From a virus (taxonomy: Duplodnaviria; Caudoviricetes): a stretch of 63,566 nt of DNA. The position numbers and the translations under genes were made by a program. Shown here one piece after another: positions 36,194 through 47,050 of the stretch (position 1 is its first letter; the number at the start of each line of letters is the position of its first letter). Below the pieces are notes generated by a model that did not search any database, was not told the DNA's origin, and was given only the letters and a program-made list of their open reading frames with translations. The DNA lies in IMG/VR virus record IMGVR_UViG_3300036803_000058, positions 1-63,566 of that record; one strand, written 5' to 3'.

Positions 36194-39100
36194 CTAGTGG
36201 ACGGGGAGATTGTAGACGTCGTAGCTGTCGCGCAGCGTACGATCGTGCTTGCCGAACTGCACGCCGAGATTGCTGGCCGGCGTGCGCGACTGGCGTCCGG
36301 CCTGCGCCTGCGCCTTGATGACCTGTCCCAGGGTGATCTTCTGATCGTCCGGCCGATCGCGGTTGTACTCCTGCAGGAACGCATTGCGCGAGCCTGGCGG
36401 CATGCCGACGAGCTCCTTCATCGTCGCCGTGCGGCTCTGCTGCTGGACCTGCTTCTCGGCCTGGGCGTAGCGCCGCGCCTCGCCCGTCTCGGCTTCCCAG
36501 CCCGGCGTGAAGCCCAAGCCGCGGATCAACTGATCGCCAACACCGTACAGCGGCTGGCGCTCGGCGCCCGACGGCATCGTGGTGAACCGGCTCTTGGTCG
36601 CCCGCAGGTAGGCGTCGATCACGTCGGCGCCGACCTTCATCGGCAGGATGTTGCGCCCGACCTCGAGCGCCTTCTGGTCGGCCTGCTCGGTCGCGCCATC
36701 GTGATAGAGCTTCGCCGCTGACGCGCTGTCCTGCAGTGCCTGGATCCAGTCGGCAGCCAGCCCACCCGGCGCGCCGGCGATCAGGTTGAACGCCGATGCC
36801 TTCAGGTCCTGCGGCTTGTTGGATGGCGGCGTGCCGAACGTGACCAAGCTGTCGTGACCCAGACGGCCGGCGTCGATGCCGGCATAGCGGGGCAAGCCGC
36901 GCATGAAGATCTCACCGGCCGTCGCCCCGAAGTGCCGGGTCATGAACGCACGCGCATTGTGCTCTTCTTCATCCCAGCTGGGCGTCAGGCCAAGGATGTT
37001 GCCGGCGGTGAACACCGCCTTCAGGGGCTCGGTCGGCAGGCCGAGCGCGCCGGCCACCAGGGTCTGGGTCACCGTCGCCAGCAAGAGCCCGTGCAAGGCT
37101 TCGCGCCTCGCCTCGCCTTCTCCCTTCAGAGCGCCGGCCATCAGGCGGATGTAGTTGCCGATCACGCGCTGGGGGTACTTCTTGAACTGCAGCGCCAGCC
37201 GCCCCAGAGGATGGTTGAACACCGGCGGGGCGTTGTACGCCGAGTAATTACCAGCCGTCTCGCCGAGCTTTTCCTGCGCATAGTTCATCGCCTCTTCGTG
37301 GCTGGCGTTCTTGCGCGCGCGCTCGAGGCGATAGGCAGCGAGTGCCGTCACGCCACGGTTCAGGTTCTCGACCGCCGTGTTCAGCTGGCGGAAGGAGTTG
37401 TCGGCGTGGTCCAGCACGCGACCGGCACGGCTAGGGCTGGGACCGAACTGCTTCTCGATCTCCATCTCGGCCGACTGGCTGAACCAGCCACGGTCGGCCA
37501 GGTGCTGCAGCAGCGCCTTCTCGTTCTCATCCTTCAGCTGGTTCTTGAGGTAGTCGATCCACTGGAAGCCGACATCCCGACCGCGCATCGCCTTCATGAA
37601 GTCGGCACCGCCCTGCTTGAGCATCGTCAACCCGCCGAGGTCGCGGTACGCCTTCATCAGCGCGCCGGCCGCGCGCATGCCGCCATGGCGCATGCCGATC
37701 ATCGGGATGCCGAGCATCATGGGCTCGGTCGAGTTCACCGCGAGGAAGCCGGGGCTCATCAGCTTGTCGAGGTAGCTCATGCCGAGCACCCGGCTGATTG
37801 CGTGGCCGACGACGTTGTCGTTCCAGACCTGCGGCCGGCTGTTTACCCTGCGGGTAATCTCATCCATCACCCCCTGCCGGAGCTCGTGGCCACCACCGTA
37901 CTGATAGTCCTGAACATACTTCTGAGCTGCCTTCGTCGTCTGGTCGAGCTCGAACTGGTGCTTGGCGCGCGCCATGTAGTTCGCGGTCGAGACGAAGAAC
38001 TCGGTGTAGTTGCGTAGGAGATCAGTCGACGCGCCTTTGGTCAGCTGCCGGGGCAGGAAGCGCGCGCTCGCCGCCGAGCGGATCTTCGAGCGCGCGGCGG
38101 CATCCTCGAACGCCCGCATCACGTCGGACTGCATGCCTTCCGGCAGGTTCTGGAAGTGCGCCGAGTTCCTGAACCGGCCGACGATGCGCCCGAGCTCCTG
38201 GCTCATGTGCTGGGCGCTGACGTTGCCCGACGCCGGGTCGCGCAGCCGCTCGACGTCGCGCACCTGCAGGGGAACCTTGTTGTCAGCAGCATGCTTGCGC
38301 AGCTGGTCGATGCGCTTGGCCGCGTCGCCCCGGCGATCGTAGGTCTCGAAGTGCTCGGGGTTCATCGTCACCTGATGGCGCACCTCGTACTTCGCCGCCT
38401 CGGCCGGATCGGTCGTCTTGAGATCGTCGAGCTCCTGGGCCGTGCTCGGCTGGTCGGCCCGGCTGACCGGCTCGTCGGCGCCCTTCTCGTAGATCTTGCG
38501 CTCGGCCGACTGCTGGGCCAGCCCGAGCTCGTCGGTCACGCCCTTGATGTAGCGCCTGGCCTGATCCTCGGTGCCGAACACCGCGGTCTTGGCGTTGTCG
38601 AGCAGCTTGCCGCCGAAGCGCTCGACGTGCTTGGTGAGATCGTAAGTGCCGCGCACCACGAAGTTGCCGTGCCGCATCAGGGGCGAGTACGGGCCGGGCG
38701 TGCGACGGAAGTCCGGGGTGGCGCGCGCCTCGCTCATCGTGCGCTTGAAGAGATCGGGGTCGGCCGTCTCGGCAGCGTCGATCAGCGCCTGCTCGGCCGG
38801 CGTGCGCGCCTCGCGCATCAGGAGCTTGGTCTTGGCAGTGGCGAGCTCGGGCTTGTCGCCCATCCCTTGGAAGTAGTGGCCGACCACCTGGCTGTTGATG
38901 TCGTTCACGCCCATCTTGCGCGCGGTGCCGAGCAGATCGTTCCACAGCTTCTCGGCCTCGGGCTTGCCGCGCACTAGTTCGTTGTAGCGCTTCTGGAAGG
39001 AGGGGTGCTGCAGGCGGGTCTGCTCGTCCTCCAGCCCCGTGCCGATATGGGCGTTCTTGGGATCGTTGAGGCCGACGTCGGGATAGGCCTCGTGCATCGT

Positions 39101-42100
39101 CGTGTCGGTCAGCAGCTGGCGGAACGTGTCGCCGTCTTTGCGCGGCTTGTCCTGCCGCTCGAATTTTTCCAGTCGCTCGAGCAACGGGCGGATCTTGTAC
39201 TGGTCGAGAATGCCCTTGCGCGTCTCGGCGATCTTGGCCACCGCCTCATAGATCGGCCGCGTCACCGCCTGAAACGCCTGCTCGCCGCGCCGCGTCAAAT
39301 CGTGGAACGTGTGCAGACCGAGGACGCCGCGCCGCGCCGTCGTGCCTTCAGTCATACGGTTGAGCAGCGTCTTCGGTGACGTCTCCTCGTGGTCGCCGGT
39401 GCCGTCGGCCCGCCGGCGCGTCGGCAGGATCGGCACGTCCTCGAACTCCTGGTGGATGACGTGGCCTTCGGTCGTGTTCCGCCAGTTGCCCTGATGCTCG
39501 GTCGGGATGCGATCGGTCATTTGCATCACCGCTTCGAGCGCGGTGCGGTTGAACTTGCCGTAGCCTAGCGCCCGGCTGAGCAGGTTGACCAGCGCGCGCC
39601 AGACGTTGCGCGTTGCCGGCGGAGCGTAGGGCTCAAGGCCAAGACTGCGCCATTCGTCGGCCGTCATGTTGACCTTGCTGAGATGGTCCTGGAAGTCGGG
39701 ATTGTTCCACGCCTCGGCCATGAACTCGTGGATGTTCTCGATGCCGTAGAGCTTGCGGTCCTTGAGATTGTAGCCGCGCTCGCGCGCGTGATCGGTCACG
39801 AAGGTCAGGAGCTTGCCCATGCCCTCGCGCAGCACCGGATCGGTATGAAGCGCCCGCCAGCTGGCGGCGTGGGCGATTTCGTGACCGATGATCTCGTTGG
39901 CCTGGGAGTCGTCCAGGAACTCCCGGTTCACCACGATGTGGCCGGTCTCGGGATTGAACAGGCCAGCGGTGCCTTCGAGTTGGAAGTTCTCGCTGGCGTA
40001 GCGCTTGTAGCCTTCCGGGCTCAGCACCGTGACCGGCGTGTCATGCACGGCATTCCTGAAACGGGCGAGGAACAGGCTGCGCAGGCCGGCATTGGCCGTA
40101 CGTGGCGTGCGCGCGAGGATCAGGTCGATGATCTTGCCGGCCGACAGCTGCGTCTCGAAATACTCGGGGTGCTCGGCGAACAGATCGGCCAGGCCCTTGT
40201 CGCTCAGGCTCACCACGTCGCGGCCGTAGATCAGCCCCTTCTTCTGGTTGTCGACCATCTGGCGCAGGTACTTCGCCAGCGCGTCGGCGAGCGGCAGGTC
40301 GCCCGGCTCGTCGCCATTGAGCTTGTCGGCCGACCTCATGATCGCTTCGATCGCGTCGCGATTGGCGTTGGGGTCGAGCGGTCGGTTCTGCACGTCGTCG
40401 ATCACCCGTGCCGTCTCGGGATCGCGCTTGCGCAAGAGGTCGAGATGATCGTCGCTGAGATCGGGATCGTTGCGCCGGCGCACCGGCTTGGCGAACAGCG
40501 GCTTCTCCTTGAAGCCACCCTCGACGCCCGCCCGTTCCTCGGTGGTCGGGCGCGCCGGCTCAGCCGGCCGCTTCTTGGCCTCGATCGCCTCCTTGGTGCG
40601 ACGTTCGATCTCGGCGGCGCTGACGATCGGCGTGCCCTTCTCACGCTTCTGCAGTTCCTTGATGCGGCGCTTGAGCTCGGCGCCCTTGAGCGCGCGGCCA
40701 GGTTCAGCCGCCTTCGCACGCTCGACATCGAGCAAGGGCACGCGCGGCCGGCTGCCACCCGGCGTACGCTTGTTCTCGCGGAACAGGTCGGTGCGGTACT
40801 CGAGCTCCTCGCGCTCCTGCTCGTCCTCGGACTTGGGCAGCGGCTCGGGCTGCTCGTGCGCAAGCTCTTCACCCGTGTCCGTCTTGGCTTCGGCCTGCTC
40901 GGCGAACACACGCTCAGCTGCAGCCTCCTGGGTCGGAGGCGTGAAGCCGCCTTCGTCGCCTTCCTTCAACTCCTGACCACGCCGCTTCGCCGTGGTCTCT
41001 TCGTTGTACCCCTTGCGCATCGCAGCGTGCGCCTCGATCGCTTCGGGGCCGTCGCGCATCGCTCTGTCGAGGCTCCAGATCTCGTCGGCGCGCAACGACA
41101 GCAGACCGCGCTTGCTCGCGGCGTCGGGCCGGGGCTGCCATTCGCTCTCGGGCCTGTCGGGGTCGAAGCCCATGTCGCGCAGAAGGTTGCGGGTGTTATC
41201 GTAGACCGTCGACGCGCGCTTCAAGATGTTGTGGTAGAGCCCGACGTGCTCACGGCCTGGCCGGCCGCCTTCGACCCGCAAGCTCACGGCCTTCGACGGC
41301 TCACGATTGTATTTCGCGCGAATTTGGTCGGCCTGCCAGTTATACATCTCCTGGGTGGTGCCGCGCAGATCCCGCAGGTATTGGTTCAGCTGGTAGAGCG
41401 CCCGAGCGCGTTGCTCGATCGTAGCGTCGGGATTGTTGGCCCGCGCGTTGATGCTAGTGAGCTCGTCAGGCGTGCCGTCTACGTAGTTCTTGACCACTGC
41501 CTGCGCGACCTGATTGCGCTCGGTGCGTTCGAGCAGCCGGTCGAACTTCCTCTGTTCGTTGCCTTCCAGCGTGTTGCGGTCCGCGAGGTTGAGCGCTTCG
41601 TGGCCTTCGACGATTTCCCTCTCGCGGCCCTTCACCTTCTCCCATCGCAGCTTCTCGGTCGCCCGGCTGAGAAGGTTCTGGAACGCCCGGATGTTGGCGA
41701 CGATCTTGTCCATCGTCGCACCGCGCTCAGCGACCCGCTCGGCCGGTGGTTGGATGTCGAACGTCTTGGCCTGGCGCGTCGGCTCGAACTCGGCAACGCG
41801 CTGCTTCTTGAGCGCACCCTTGGTCTCGGACAGGACCTGACCGTTCTCGCCCACCACCTGCCGGCGGCCGTCGGGCCGCTCCCAGACCTGCCGGCCGGCA
41901 GCGTTGTGGCCCACCAGCGTGGCGTCGGGGTCGACCTTGGGCGGTCGCTCGGCGGGCTGCTCGACGGCAGGGCCCTCGCGCGGGGTGGCAGCGCCCTCGG
42001 CCAGGGGCATCTCGCCACCGGCCGGCTTGGCCGGCTCGGCAGGGGCCTCAGGCTCGGCCTGCAGGGGCTGCACAGGGGCTTCCTCGGTGGGGGCGGCCTC

Positions 42101-43621
42101 TGGCGCCTCGGCCGGCGCCTTGCGCTTGCGGCCCTTGGCAGCGCCTTCCTGAGCGGCCTGCTTGCCTTTACCCACCGGGGTAACAGTCTCGGCCGCTGGC
42201 GTGGCGGGAGTGGCAGGGGTGGCGGGCTGCGCTTGCAGGCGCTCGTTGTCGGCTTGCCACGCCTGCACGCGCTGCACGAAGTCGGGGTTGCTCTGCGCGC
42301 TGTCGCCCAGACGCGCGTACTCCTCGGCCAGGGCTTGCCGGGTCGCTTCATGCGCCGCCGGATCGACGAGAGGGGGAGCCGCGATGTTACCCGGACGTGT
42401 AACTTCGGCGGCTAATGCTGGCGCAGCCGGTGGAATTCCAGTTGGAGCCGCAGCCCCAGGGGTGGGTGCTGGCCCTGTCGGTGGAACAGGAGGCGGTTCA
42501 CCCCCTGCCGGCGGTGGCGGAGCTCCCGGTGGCGGCCGGTTGGCCGGGTCGTTCCGCATCGACATGATCGTGCCGGGGTCACCCCTGCCGGCTATGACAG
42601 GAGGCGTCGCCGGTCCGGGCGGCGTGCCCGGTGCTGGCCGGTTGTCCGGGCCCGGTGGCGGCAGCGCCAGCTGCGGCTGGGTCTTGGCGGTGAGCGCCGT
42701 CTCGACGTCGGGTGGCACGACCTTGGGCGTGGTGTCGATCGCCGCCGGCTGGCGGTGCACAGCACCCAGGATTGCGCCGGGCAACGCACTCGAGAGAACC
42801 GACTGGACGGCAGGGTCGACCACGTTCGCCCAGTTGATCCGGTCCTGCAGGCCCATCTTGGTCTTGGCCTGCTCGGTGGCGTAGCCGCCGGCCGCCGTCT
42901 GGCCGCCCATGCCGATGCCGAACTCGCCGGCGCCCAGCGCTGCACGCGCGCCCAAGCCAGCGCCACGCGCCAGCCCACCGGCGATCGGACCACCGGCGAC
43001 CGCGCCCGTTCCCGCCGCAAACAGCTGGGCGAGTGGGTCGAGCGAGGCGTGGTAGAAGTCGTTGCGCGCGGCCTTCTCGTCACCGTTGTTGTCGGCCAGC
43101 GCCTGCCGGAACTTCTCCGACTTCTGCATCTCCTCGATCGGCGTCTTGTCGGCGACCTCACGAACGGCCTTGCGCGACTCAGCCCAACTCATGCCGGAGA
43201 ACAGACCGCGCGCACCGAGCGCCGTCACCGCGGCGGGGATCTCGACCTCGGGCGCCAGCAACGCGCCGGCAACGAACGGGACGACGCCGGCGAGCGTGTG
43301 CACGGTCGAGGCGATCGGCCGATCCATGAAGCCCTGCTTGCCGGTGGCGATCGCCTCGCCGACCGGGGAGTATTGCTTGGAGAGCCAGTCATCCGCCGTC
43401 TTGGCGATCTCGTCGGCCTTCGACCAGGCACCGCCTTCGCCCGCGAAGTCGCGGCCGAGACCGGTGACGTCGGTCGCGAGACCGGTGACGCCCTTGCCGA
43501 TGTCGATCGCGGTATCCTTGCCAGCTTCCAGCCACGACCGGTCCTGCGTTGCAGGGTCGGGCGCCTCGTCGGACGGCGTCGTGAGATAGCCGGCCCTGCC
43601 GTAGCTCGGCACATATGCCAT
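36194..43621 (-). CDS. Giant internal virion / polyvalent protein with zincin-like and PLxRFG-like regions
   Basis: 2475 aa; GHEIAH...HEFMAEA; YSPLMRHG; located at the end of the virion operon. Confidence 0.75.
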   Translation of the reverse strand: MAYVPSYGRAGYLTTPSDEAPDPATQDRSWLEAGKDTAIDIGKGVTGLATDVTGLGRDFAGEGGAWSKADEIAKTADDWLSKQYSPVGEAIATGKQGFMDRPIASTVHTLAGVVPFVAGALLAPEVEIPAAVTALGARGLFSGMSWAESRKAVREVADKTPIEEMQKSEKFRQALADNNGDEKAARNDFYHASLDPLAQLFAAGTGAVAGGPIAGGLARGAGLGARAALGAGEFGIGMGGQTAAGGYATEQAKTKMGLQDRINWANVVDPAVQSVLSSALPGAILGAVHRQPAAIDTTPKVVPPDVETALTAKTQPQLALPPPGPDNRPAPGTPPGPATPPVIAGRGDPGTIMSMRNDPANRPPPGAPPPPAGGEPPPVPPTGPAPTPGAAAPTGIPPAAPALAAEVTRPGNIAAPPLVDPAAHEATRQALAEEYARLGDSAQSNPDFVQRVQAWQADNERLQAQPATPATPATPAAETVTPVGKGKQAAQEGAAKGRKRKAPAEAPEAAPTEEAPVQPLQAEPEAPAEPAKPAGGEMPLAEGAATPREGPAVEQPAERPPKVDPDATLVGHNAAGRQVWERPDGRRQVVGENGQVLSETKGALKKQRVAEFEPTRQAKTFDIQPPAERVAERGATMDKIVANIRAFQNLLSRATEKLRWEKVKGREREIVEGHEALNLADRNTLEGNEQRKFDRLLERTERNQVAQAVVKNYVDGTPDELTSINARANNPDATIEQRARALYQLNQYLRDLRGTTQEMYNWQADQIRAKYNREPSKAVSLRVEGGRPGREHVGLYHNILKRASTVYDNTRNLLRDMGFDPDRPESEWQPRPDAASKRGLLSLRADEIWSLDRAMRDGPEAIEAHAAMRKGYNEETTAKRRGQELKEGDEGGFTPPTQEAAAERVFAEQAEAKTDTGEELAHEQPEPLPKSEDEQEREELEYRTDLFRENKRTPGGSRPRVPLLDVERAKAAEPGRALKGAELKRRIKELQKREKGTPIVSAAEIERRTKEAIEAKKRPAEPARPTTEERAGVEGGFKEKPLFAKPVRRRNDPDLSDDHLDLLRKRDPETARVIDDVQNRPLDPNANRDAIEAIMRSADKLNGDEPGDLPLADALAKYLRQMVDNQKKGLIYGRDVVSLSDKGLADLFAEHPEYFETQLSAGKIIDLILARTPRTANAGLRSLFLARFRNAVHDTPVTVLSPEGYKRYASENFQLEGTAGLFNPETGHIVVNREFLDDSQANEIIGHEIAHAASWRALHTDPVLREGMGKLLTFVTDHARERGYNLKDRKLYGIENIHEFMAEAWNNPDFQDHLSKVNMTADEWRSLGLEPYAPPATRNVWRALVNLLSRALGYGKFNRTALEAVMQMTDRIPTEHQGNWRNTTEGHVIHQEFEDVPILPTRRRADGTGDHEETSPKTLLNRMTEGTTARRGVLGLHTFHDLTRRGEQAFQAVTRPIYEAVAKIAETRKGILDQYKIRPLLERLEKFERQDKPRKDGDTFRQLLTDTTMHEAYPDVGLNDPKNAHIGTGLEDEQTRLQHPSFQKRYNELVRGKPEAEKLWNDLLGTARKMGVNDINSQVVGHYFQGMGDKPELATAKTKLLMREARTPAEQALIDAAETADPDLFKRTMSEARATPDFRRTPGPYSPLMRHGNFVVRGTYDLTKHVERFGGKLLDNAKTAVFGTEDQARRYIKGVTDELGLAQQSAERKIYEKGADEPVSRADQPSTAQELDDLKTTDPAEAAKYEVRHQVTMNPEHFETYDRRGDAAKRIDQLRKHAADNKVPLQVRDVERLRDPASGNVSAQHMSQELGRIVGRFRNSAHFQNLPEGMQSDVMRAFEDAAARSKIRSAASARFLPRQLTKGASTDLLRNYTEFFVSTANYMARAKHQFELDQTTKAAQKYVQDYQYGGGHELRQGVMDEITRRVNSRPQVWNDNVVGHAISRVLGMSYLDKLMSPGFLAVNSTEPMMLGIPMIGMRHGGMRAAGALMKAYRDLGGLTMLKQGGADFMKAMRGRDVGFQWIDYLKNQLKDENEKALLQHLADRGWFSQSAEMEIEKQFGPSPSRAGRVLDHADNSFRQLNTAVENLNRGVTALAAYRLERARKNASHEEAMNYAQEKLGETAGNYSAYNAPPVFNHPLGRLALQFKKYPQRVIGNYIRLMAGALKGEGEARREALHGLLLATVTQTLVAGALGLPTEPLKAVFTAGNILGLTPSWDEEEHNARAFMTRHFGATAGEIFMRGLPRYAGIDAGRLGHDSLVTFGTPPSNKPQDLKASAFNLIAGAPGGLAADWIQALQDSASAAKLYHDGATEQADQKALEVGRNILPMKVGADVIDAYLRATKSRFTTMPSGAERQPLYGVGDQLIRGLGFTPGWEAETGEARRYAQAEKQVQQQSRTATMKELVGMPPGSRNAFLQEYNRDRPDDQKITLGQVIKAQAQAGRQSRTPASNLGVQFGKHDRTLRDSYDVYNLPVH

Positions 43622-43625
43622 GCGG

Positions 43626-44717
43626 TCACCTGATCTGGTCGTTCACCCACTGCCCGATCGTACGGGTCGGCGGCGTGGTCTTGCGCTGCTGCTCGATCTT
43701 CTTGATCGCGAAGTAGCCCTTCTGTCGAGCCCGATTGATCTGGTCGTAGGTGTTGGGCGGCACACGGATCTTGCCGCCGTCGGTCTGCAGCCAGACGTTG
43801 CCCACGGCGTCGCTGCCAATCACCTTGTAGTTCGCTGCCGCCACGCCCTTGCGGCCGTTGTATGCGCCGTTCGGCGCGGCGAGATGCATCACGAGCTCGC
43901 TCGCGCGCTGCGGCGGCAGGTTGTTGAACTGGCCGAGGCGAACCGTGGTCTCGCTGAAGTTGCTCGGCGCCATGTTGGTCGTGGCGGCACCGGCCTTCTC
44001 GAGATCGGCGTTGGGCCCCTTAATCTCGGTGAGGTTCTTGGCGATCGTGTCGCGCGCCGTGTCGGCAGTCGCCCAGTTCTGCTCAAGCCCCGTGCCGGTC
44101 AGCTTGTCGCCTTCGATACCCTTCAGCTGCTCGGCCTCGCTCAGCTTCCACTGGTTGTACTGGCTCTTGTAGTCGTTGTCGTAGCGCTTCTGGAGCGCCG
44201 TCTGCTTGGCCTTGACCATGTTGTACGCGCGGGCAATCTCCGCCGGTTTGCGCGTACCGGCGTGCTGCTGGATGTACTCCTGTGCCGCCTGCAGCGTCTG
44301 GTACTCAGGATCGGTGCGGTAGTCCTGCTGCTTGGGCATCGGCGTCAGGAAGCGATTGTCGCCGTAGTGGCTGAGCGTGTTGTCCAGAGCCTTGGCGTCT
44401 TCGTCGAGCGCCTGCTTGTTGACCGCGTTGTCGTCGACGTCTTCCTCGGCGGGCGGTGGTGCCGTCCCGATTGGCGTTGCCTGTCCCGACACCGGAAGAC
44501 CAGCTGCCTGCGCGAAGGCGCCATAGCCCGGCCCGGTCTGGATCGCCGGCGCCTGCGGGGGCGCCGGCGCAGCCGGTGGGGGTTGCATCTGCGAAGGGTC
44601 AGGCTGATCGAGACCTTGCATCGGCGGCAGGCCAATGCCGCCTGGCACGTAGTCAGGCTGCAGGCCGCCGGCCTGAAAAGCAGTTACCCTCGGGGTAAAC
44701 TGGATGACGCCCATCAC
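43626..44717 (-). CDS. Putative internal virion protein
   Basis: Position, composition and coupled starts. Confidence 0.6.
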   Translation of the reverse strand: MMGVIQFTPRVTAFQAGGLQPDYVPGGIGLPPMQGLDQPDPSQMQPPPAAPAPPQAPAIQTGPGYGAFAQAAGLPVSGQATPIGTAPPPAEEDVDDNAVNKQALDEDAKALDNTLSHYGDNRFLTPMPKQQDYRTDPEYQTLQAAQEYIQQHAGTRKPAEIARAYNMVKAKQTALQKRYDNDYKSQYNQWKLSEAEQLKGIEGDKLTGTGLEQNWATADTARDTIAKNLTEIKGPNADLEKAGAATTNMAPSNFSETTVRLGQFNNLPPQRASELVMHLAAPNGAYNGRKGVAAANYKVIGSDAVGNVWLQTDGGKIRVPPNTYDQINRARQKGYFAIKKIEQQRKTTPPTRTIGQWVNDQIR

Positions 44718-47050
44718 TCGTCATCCCTGGAGACGCTCACGTTGACCTGCTGGGGCCGTGGCGCGCTCGGGTTCAGGATCGCGTTGAGGCCCGCAATGAA
44801 ATCGCCACTACCGCCACCGCTGCCCCGAGCCCCGAGCGAGCGCGTGCGCGCCGTGCGCGCCTGCACGTTCTCGATGTCGTAGCGCATCTTCATGTGCTTC
44901 AGCTGGGTGCCGATCGGATCCTTGTCGCGCTGGCCCATGCTCGCGGCATGCCGGTTGATCATGTTCCACAGCATCGTGCCGTTCTGCAGGCCTTGGCTCG
45001 CCGCCAGGATCACGCGGCCGTCGAGCGGCACCTGCGAGACCTTGCCGTGCATGTCGGTGACGTAGAGCTTGTTGCGATCGGGCGAGAGGTTCACATGCGT
45101 GCCGTCGGTCGTCCAATCGAGGCCGCGCACGAGGAACTGCTTGGCCACCTCGGGGTGGCCGTTCTGCATCGCCGCCGCGGCCGCCTCGCCGTTCTTCGCC
45201 GCCTCGAGGTTGGCACGCTGCACGATCGAGAAGGCCATCCGGCCAGCCCCGGCCACGTCGCCCATCTCGAGCATGCGCATGTAGACCGCCGTCATGCCAG
45301 CCACCATCGCGGTGCCGGGCGTGAGACGACCATTGCCACCGTACTTCTGCAGGATCTGGTTGGTCGCTTGCGGGCTCGCCGCCCCCCAGCCCTGCTGGAT
45401 CTGCTGCGGCGTGGCCTGGCCGCTCTTGATCGCACTGACCGCCGTGTTGTGTGCACCGAGCGTGGCGTGCGCGAAGTCGGCGGTGCCGTCGTTGGTCGAC
45501 AGGCCTGCTTGCTGGTTGCCAGCCATGTCACCCGACTGCGCCACCTGAGGCGCACCGCCGCGAATGTCGCGACCGCTCGCGTCGACCGCGCCGATGCCCT
45601 GCTCGGTCGCCGGGTTGAACGCCGCCGTGCGGGTCTGGCTGGACAACGCACCCGGAACAGGCGCCGCGACCGGGGCGTTGGACATGCCGCCCGGCGTCGA
45701 GGTGCCAGCGCCAGCTGCAGCCTGTGGGGAGACGCCTGTCGCCGTTCTCCCCGCAGGTGACGCGGGACCCGTCGCCGGCGCCGGCTGCCCCGTCACGCCC
45801 GCCGGGTTGACCGGCGGCAAGAGCATGCTGGGGTTGGTCTGGATGCCAGCCGCCACGCTCCCTGGAGTCATCGGCAAGGGTGGCTGACCGGTGTTCGGCC
45901 GACCCGCGTTGGGCGCCGGCGTCGTCGCGGGCGCCACGGCCGGCACGGCTGGCGCACCCGGCGCCACCGCGCCTTGGCTCACCGCCGCCGGAACTGGCGC
46001 GGGGACCGCTGCCGGAGCTGCCGCCGGTACATTCGCACGCATCTGCTGGCGCAGCTGAGTGATCTGACCGTCGATCTCGCCTTGCTTGCGAGCAACCTCG
46101 GCCCGTTCGCGCGCTGTCGTCCCCGTGAAAATACCGGGCTCGAGGGCAGCCTTCTCTCGCTGCAGCTGCTCGATCTGCCGCTGGATTAGGTATTGCCCGC
46201 CAGCAGGCCCCCGCAGAAACTCGCGGGCCGCTGACGTGCGCTCTTCGTCCGCCGCCGCTGCCGCTGGCGGCGCTGACGGCTGGTCGAGATCGAAGCGCGG
46301 CTGGGTATCCAGTGTCGGTCCAGCCGGCGTCGGCGCACCTCGGCCGGTCATGATCGCCTGGCGCTGCTGGGTGAAGGGGTTGCTCGCCGGCGGCACGTCG
46401 GGCCCCTGCACCGGTGCCGGCGGCAGCGCGGGGTCAGCCCTCGCGGGCTCCGGCGTCTCAGCCTGACGGCGCGCAAGCTCGGTCGCCGCGCGAGCCTTCT
46501 GCTCGGGCGATCCGGTTTGCATGGTGCGCAGGAGCTCGGCCGACATGACGGGCGGCTGACCTCGGTTGATCTGCTGGGGCAACTCACCGTCGACGATGTC
46601 AGCGCCGGCGTTGGGGTCGACCTGGTTCAGCATGTCGAACAGAGGATCGCCCGGCCCGCCACTGGCATTGGGCTGCTGCGTGTCGATCGCCTCGCCGCCC
46701 CCCTGATAGTGCGGCACCATCCCGCCGGCCGAATACGCCGACGTGCTGTCATCCCCCGCCGCCACGTCGCTCGAGACCTGATCCTGCGGCGACATCGCGC
46801 CATAGCTACCCTGTGGGTAACTGCCGGTCGCGGCACCGCCGGTCGGGTTGGCCGTCATGCAGTCGGGATCGGGACCGGGATCGGGCAAGCCTTGCTGAGC
46901 CGCCTTGAAGGTCTTCGACAGGTTGGCGTCGATGCACTTCTGCCGGTTCAGCATGTGCCGGTAGTAGTCGTCGTGAGCGTTGCCCTTCATCGCCGTATTC
47001 ATCTTGGTGAATGCGTCGATGCCTTGCATGATGTCGCGGCCGGTAACCAT
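44714..47050 (-). CDS. Putative internal virion protein
   Basis: 778 aa, Ala/Pro/Gln-rich. Confidence 0.6.
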   Translation of the reverse strand: MVTGRDIMQGIDAFTKMNTAMKGNAHDDYYRHMLNRQKCIDANLSKTFKAAQQGLPDPGPDPDCMTANPTGGAATGSYPQGSYGAMSPQDQVSSDVAAGDDSTSAYSAGGMVPHYQGGGEAIDTQQPNASGGPGDPLFDMLNQVDPNAGADIVDGELPQQINRGQPPVMSAELLRTMQTGSPEQKARAATELARRQAETPEPARADPALPPAPVQGPDVPPASNPFTQQRQAIMTGRGAPTPAGPTLDTQPRFDLDQPSAPPAAAAADEERTSAAREFLRGPAGGQYLIQRQIEQLQREKAALEPGIFTGTTARERAEVARKQGEIDGQITQLRQQMRANVPAAAPAAVPAPVPAAVSQGAVAPGAPAVPAVAPATTPAPNAGRPNTGQPPLPMTPGSVAAGIQTNPSMLLPPVNPAGVTGQPAPATGPASPAGRTATGVSPQAAAGAGTSTPGGMSNAPVAAPVPGALSSQTRTAAFNPATEQGIGAVDASGRDIRGGAPQVAQSGDMAGNQQAGLSTNDGTADFAHATLGAHNTAVSAIKSGQATPQQIQQGWGAASPQATNQILQKYGGNGRLTPGTAMVAGMTAVYMRMLEMGDVAGAGRMAFSIVQRANLEAAKNGEAAAAAMQNGHPEVAKQFLVRGLDWTTDGTHVNLSPDRNKLYVTDMHGKVSQVPLDGRVILAASQGLQNGTMLWNMINRHAASMGQRDKDPIGTQLKHMKMRYDIENVQARTARTRSLGARGSGGGSGDFIAGLNAILNPSAPRPQQVNVSVSRDDE

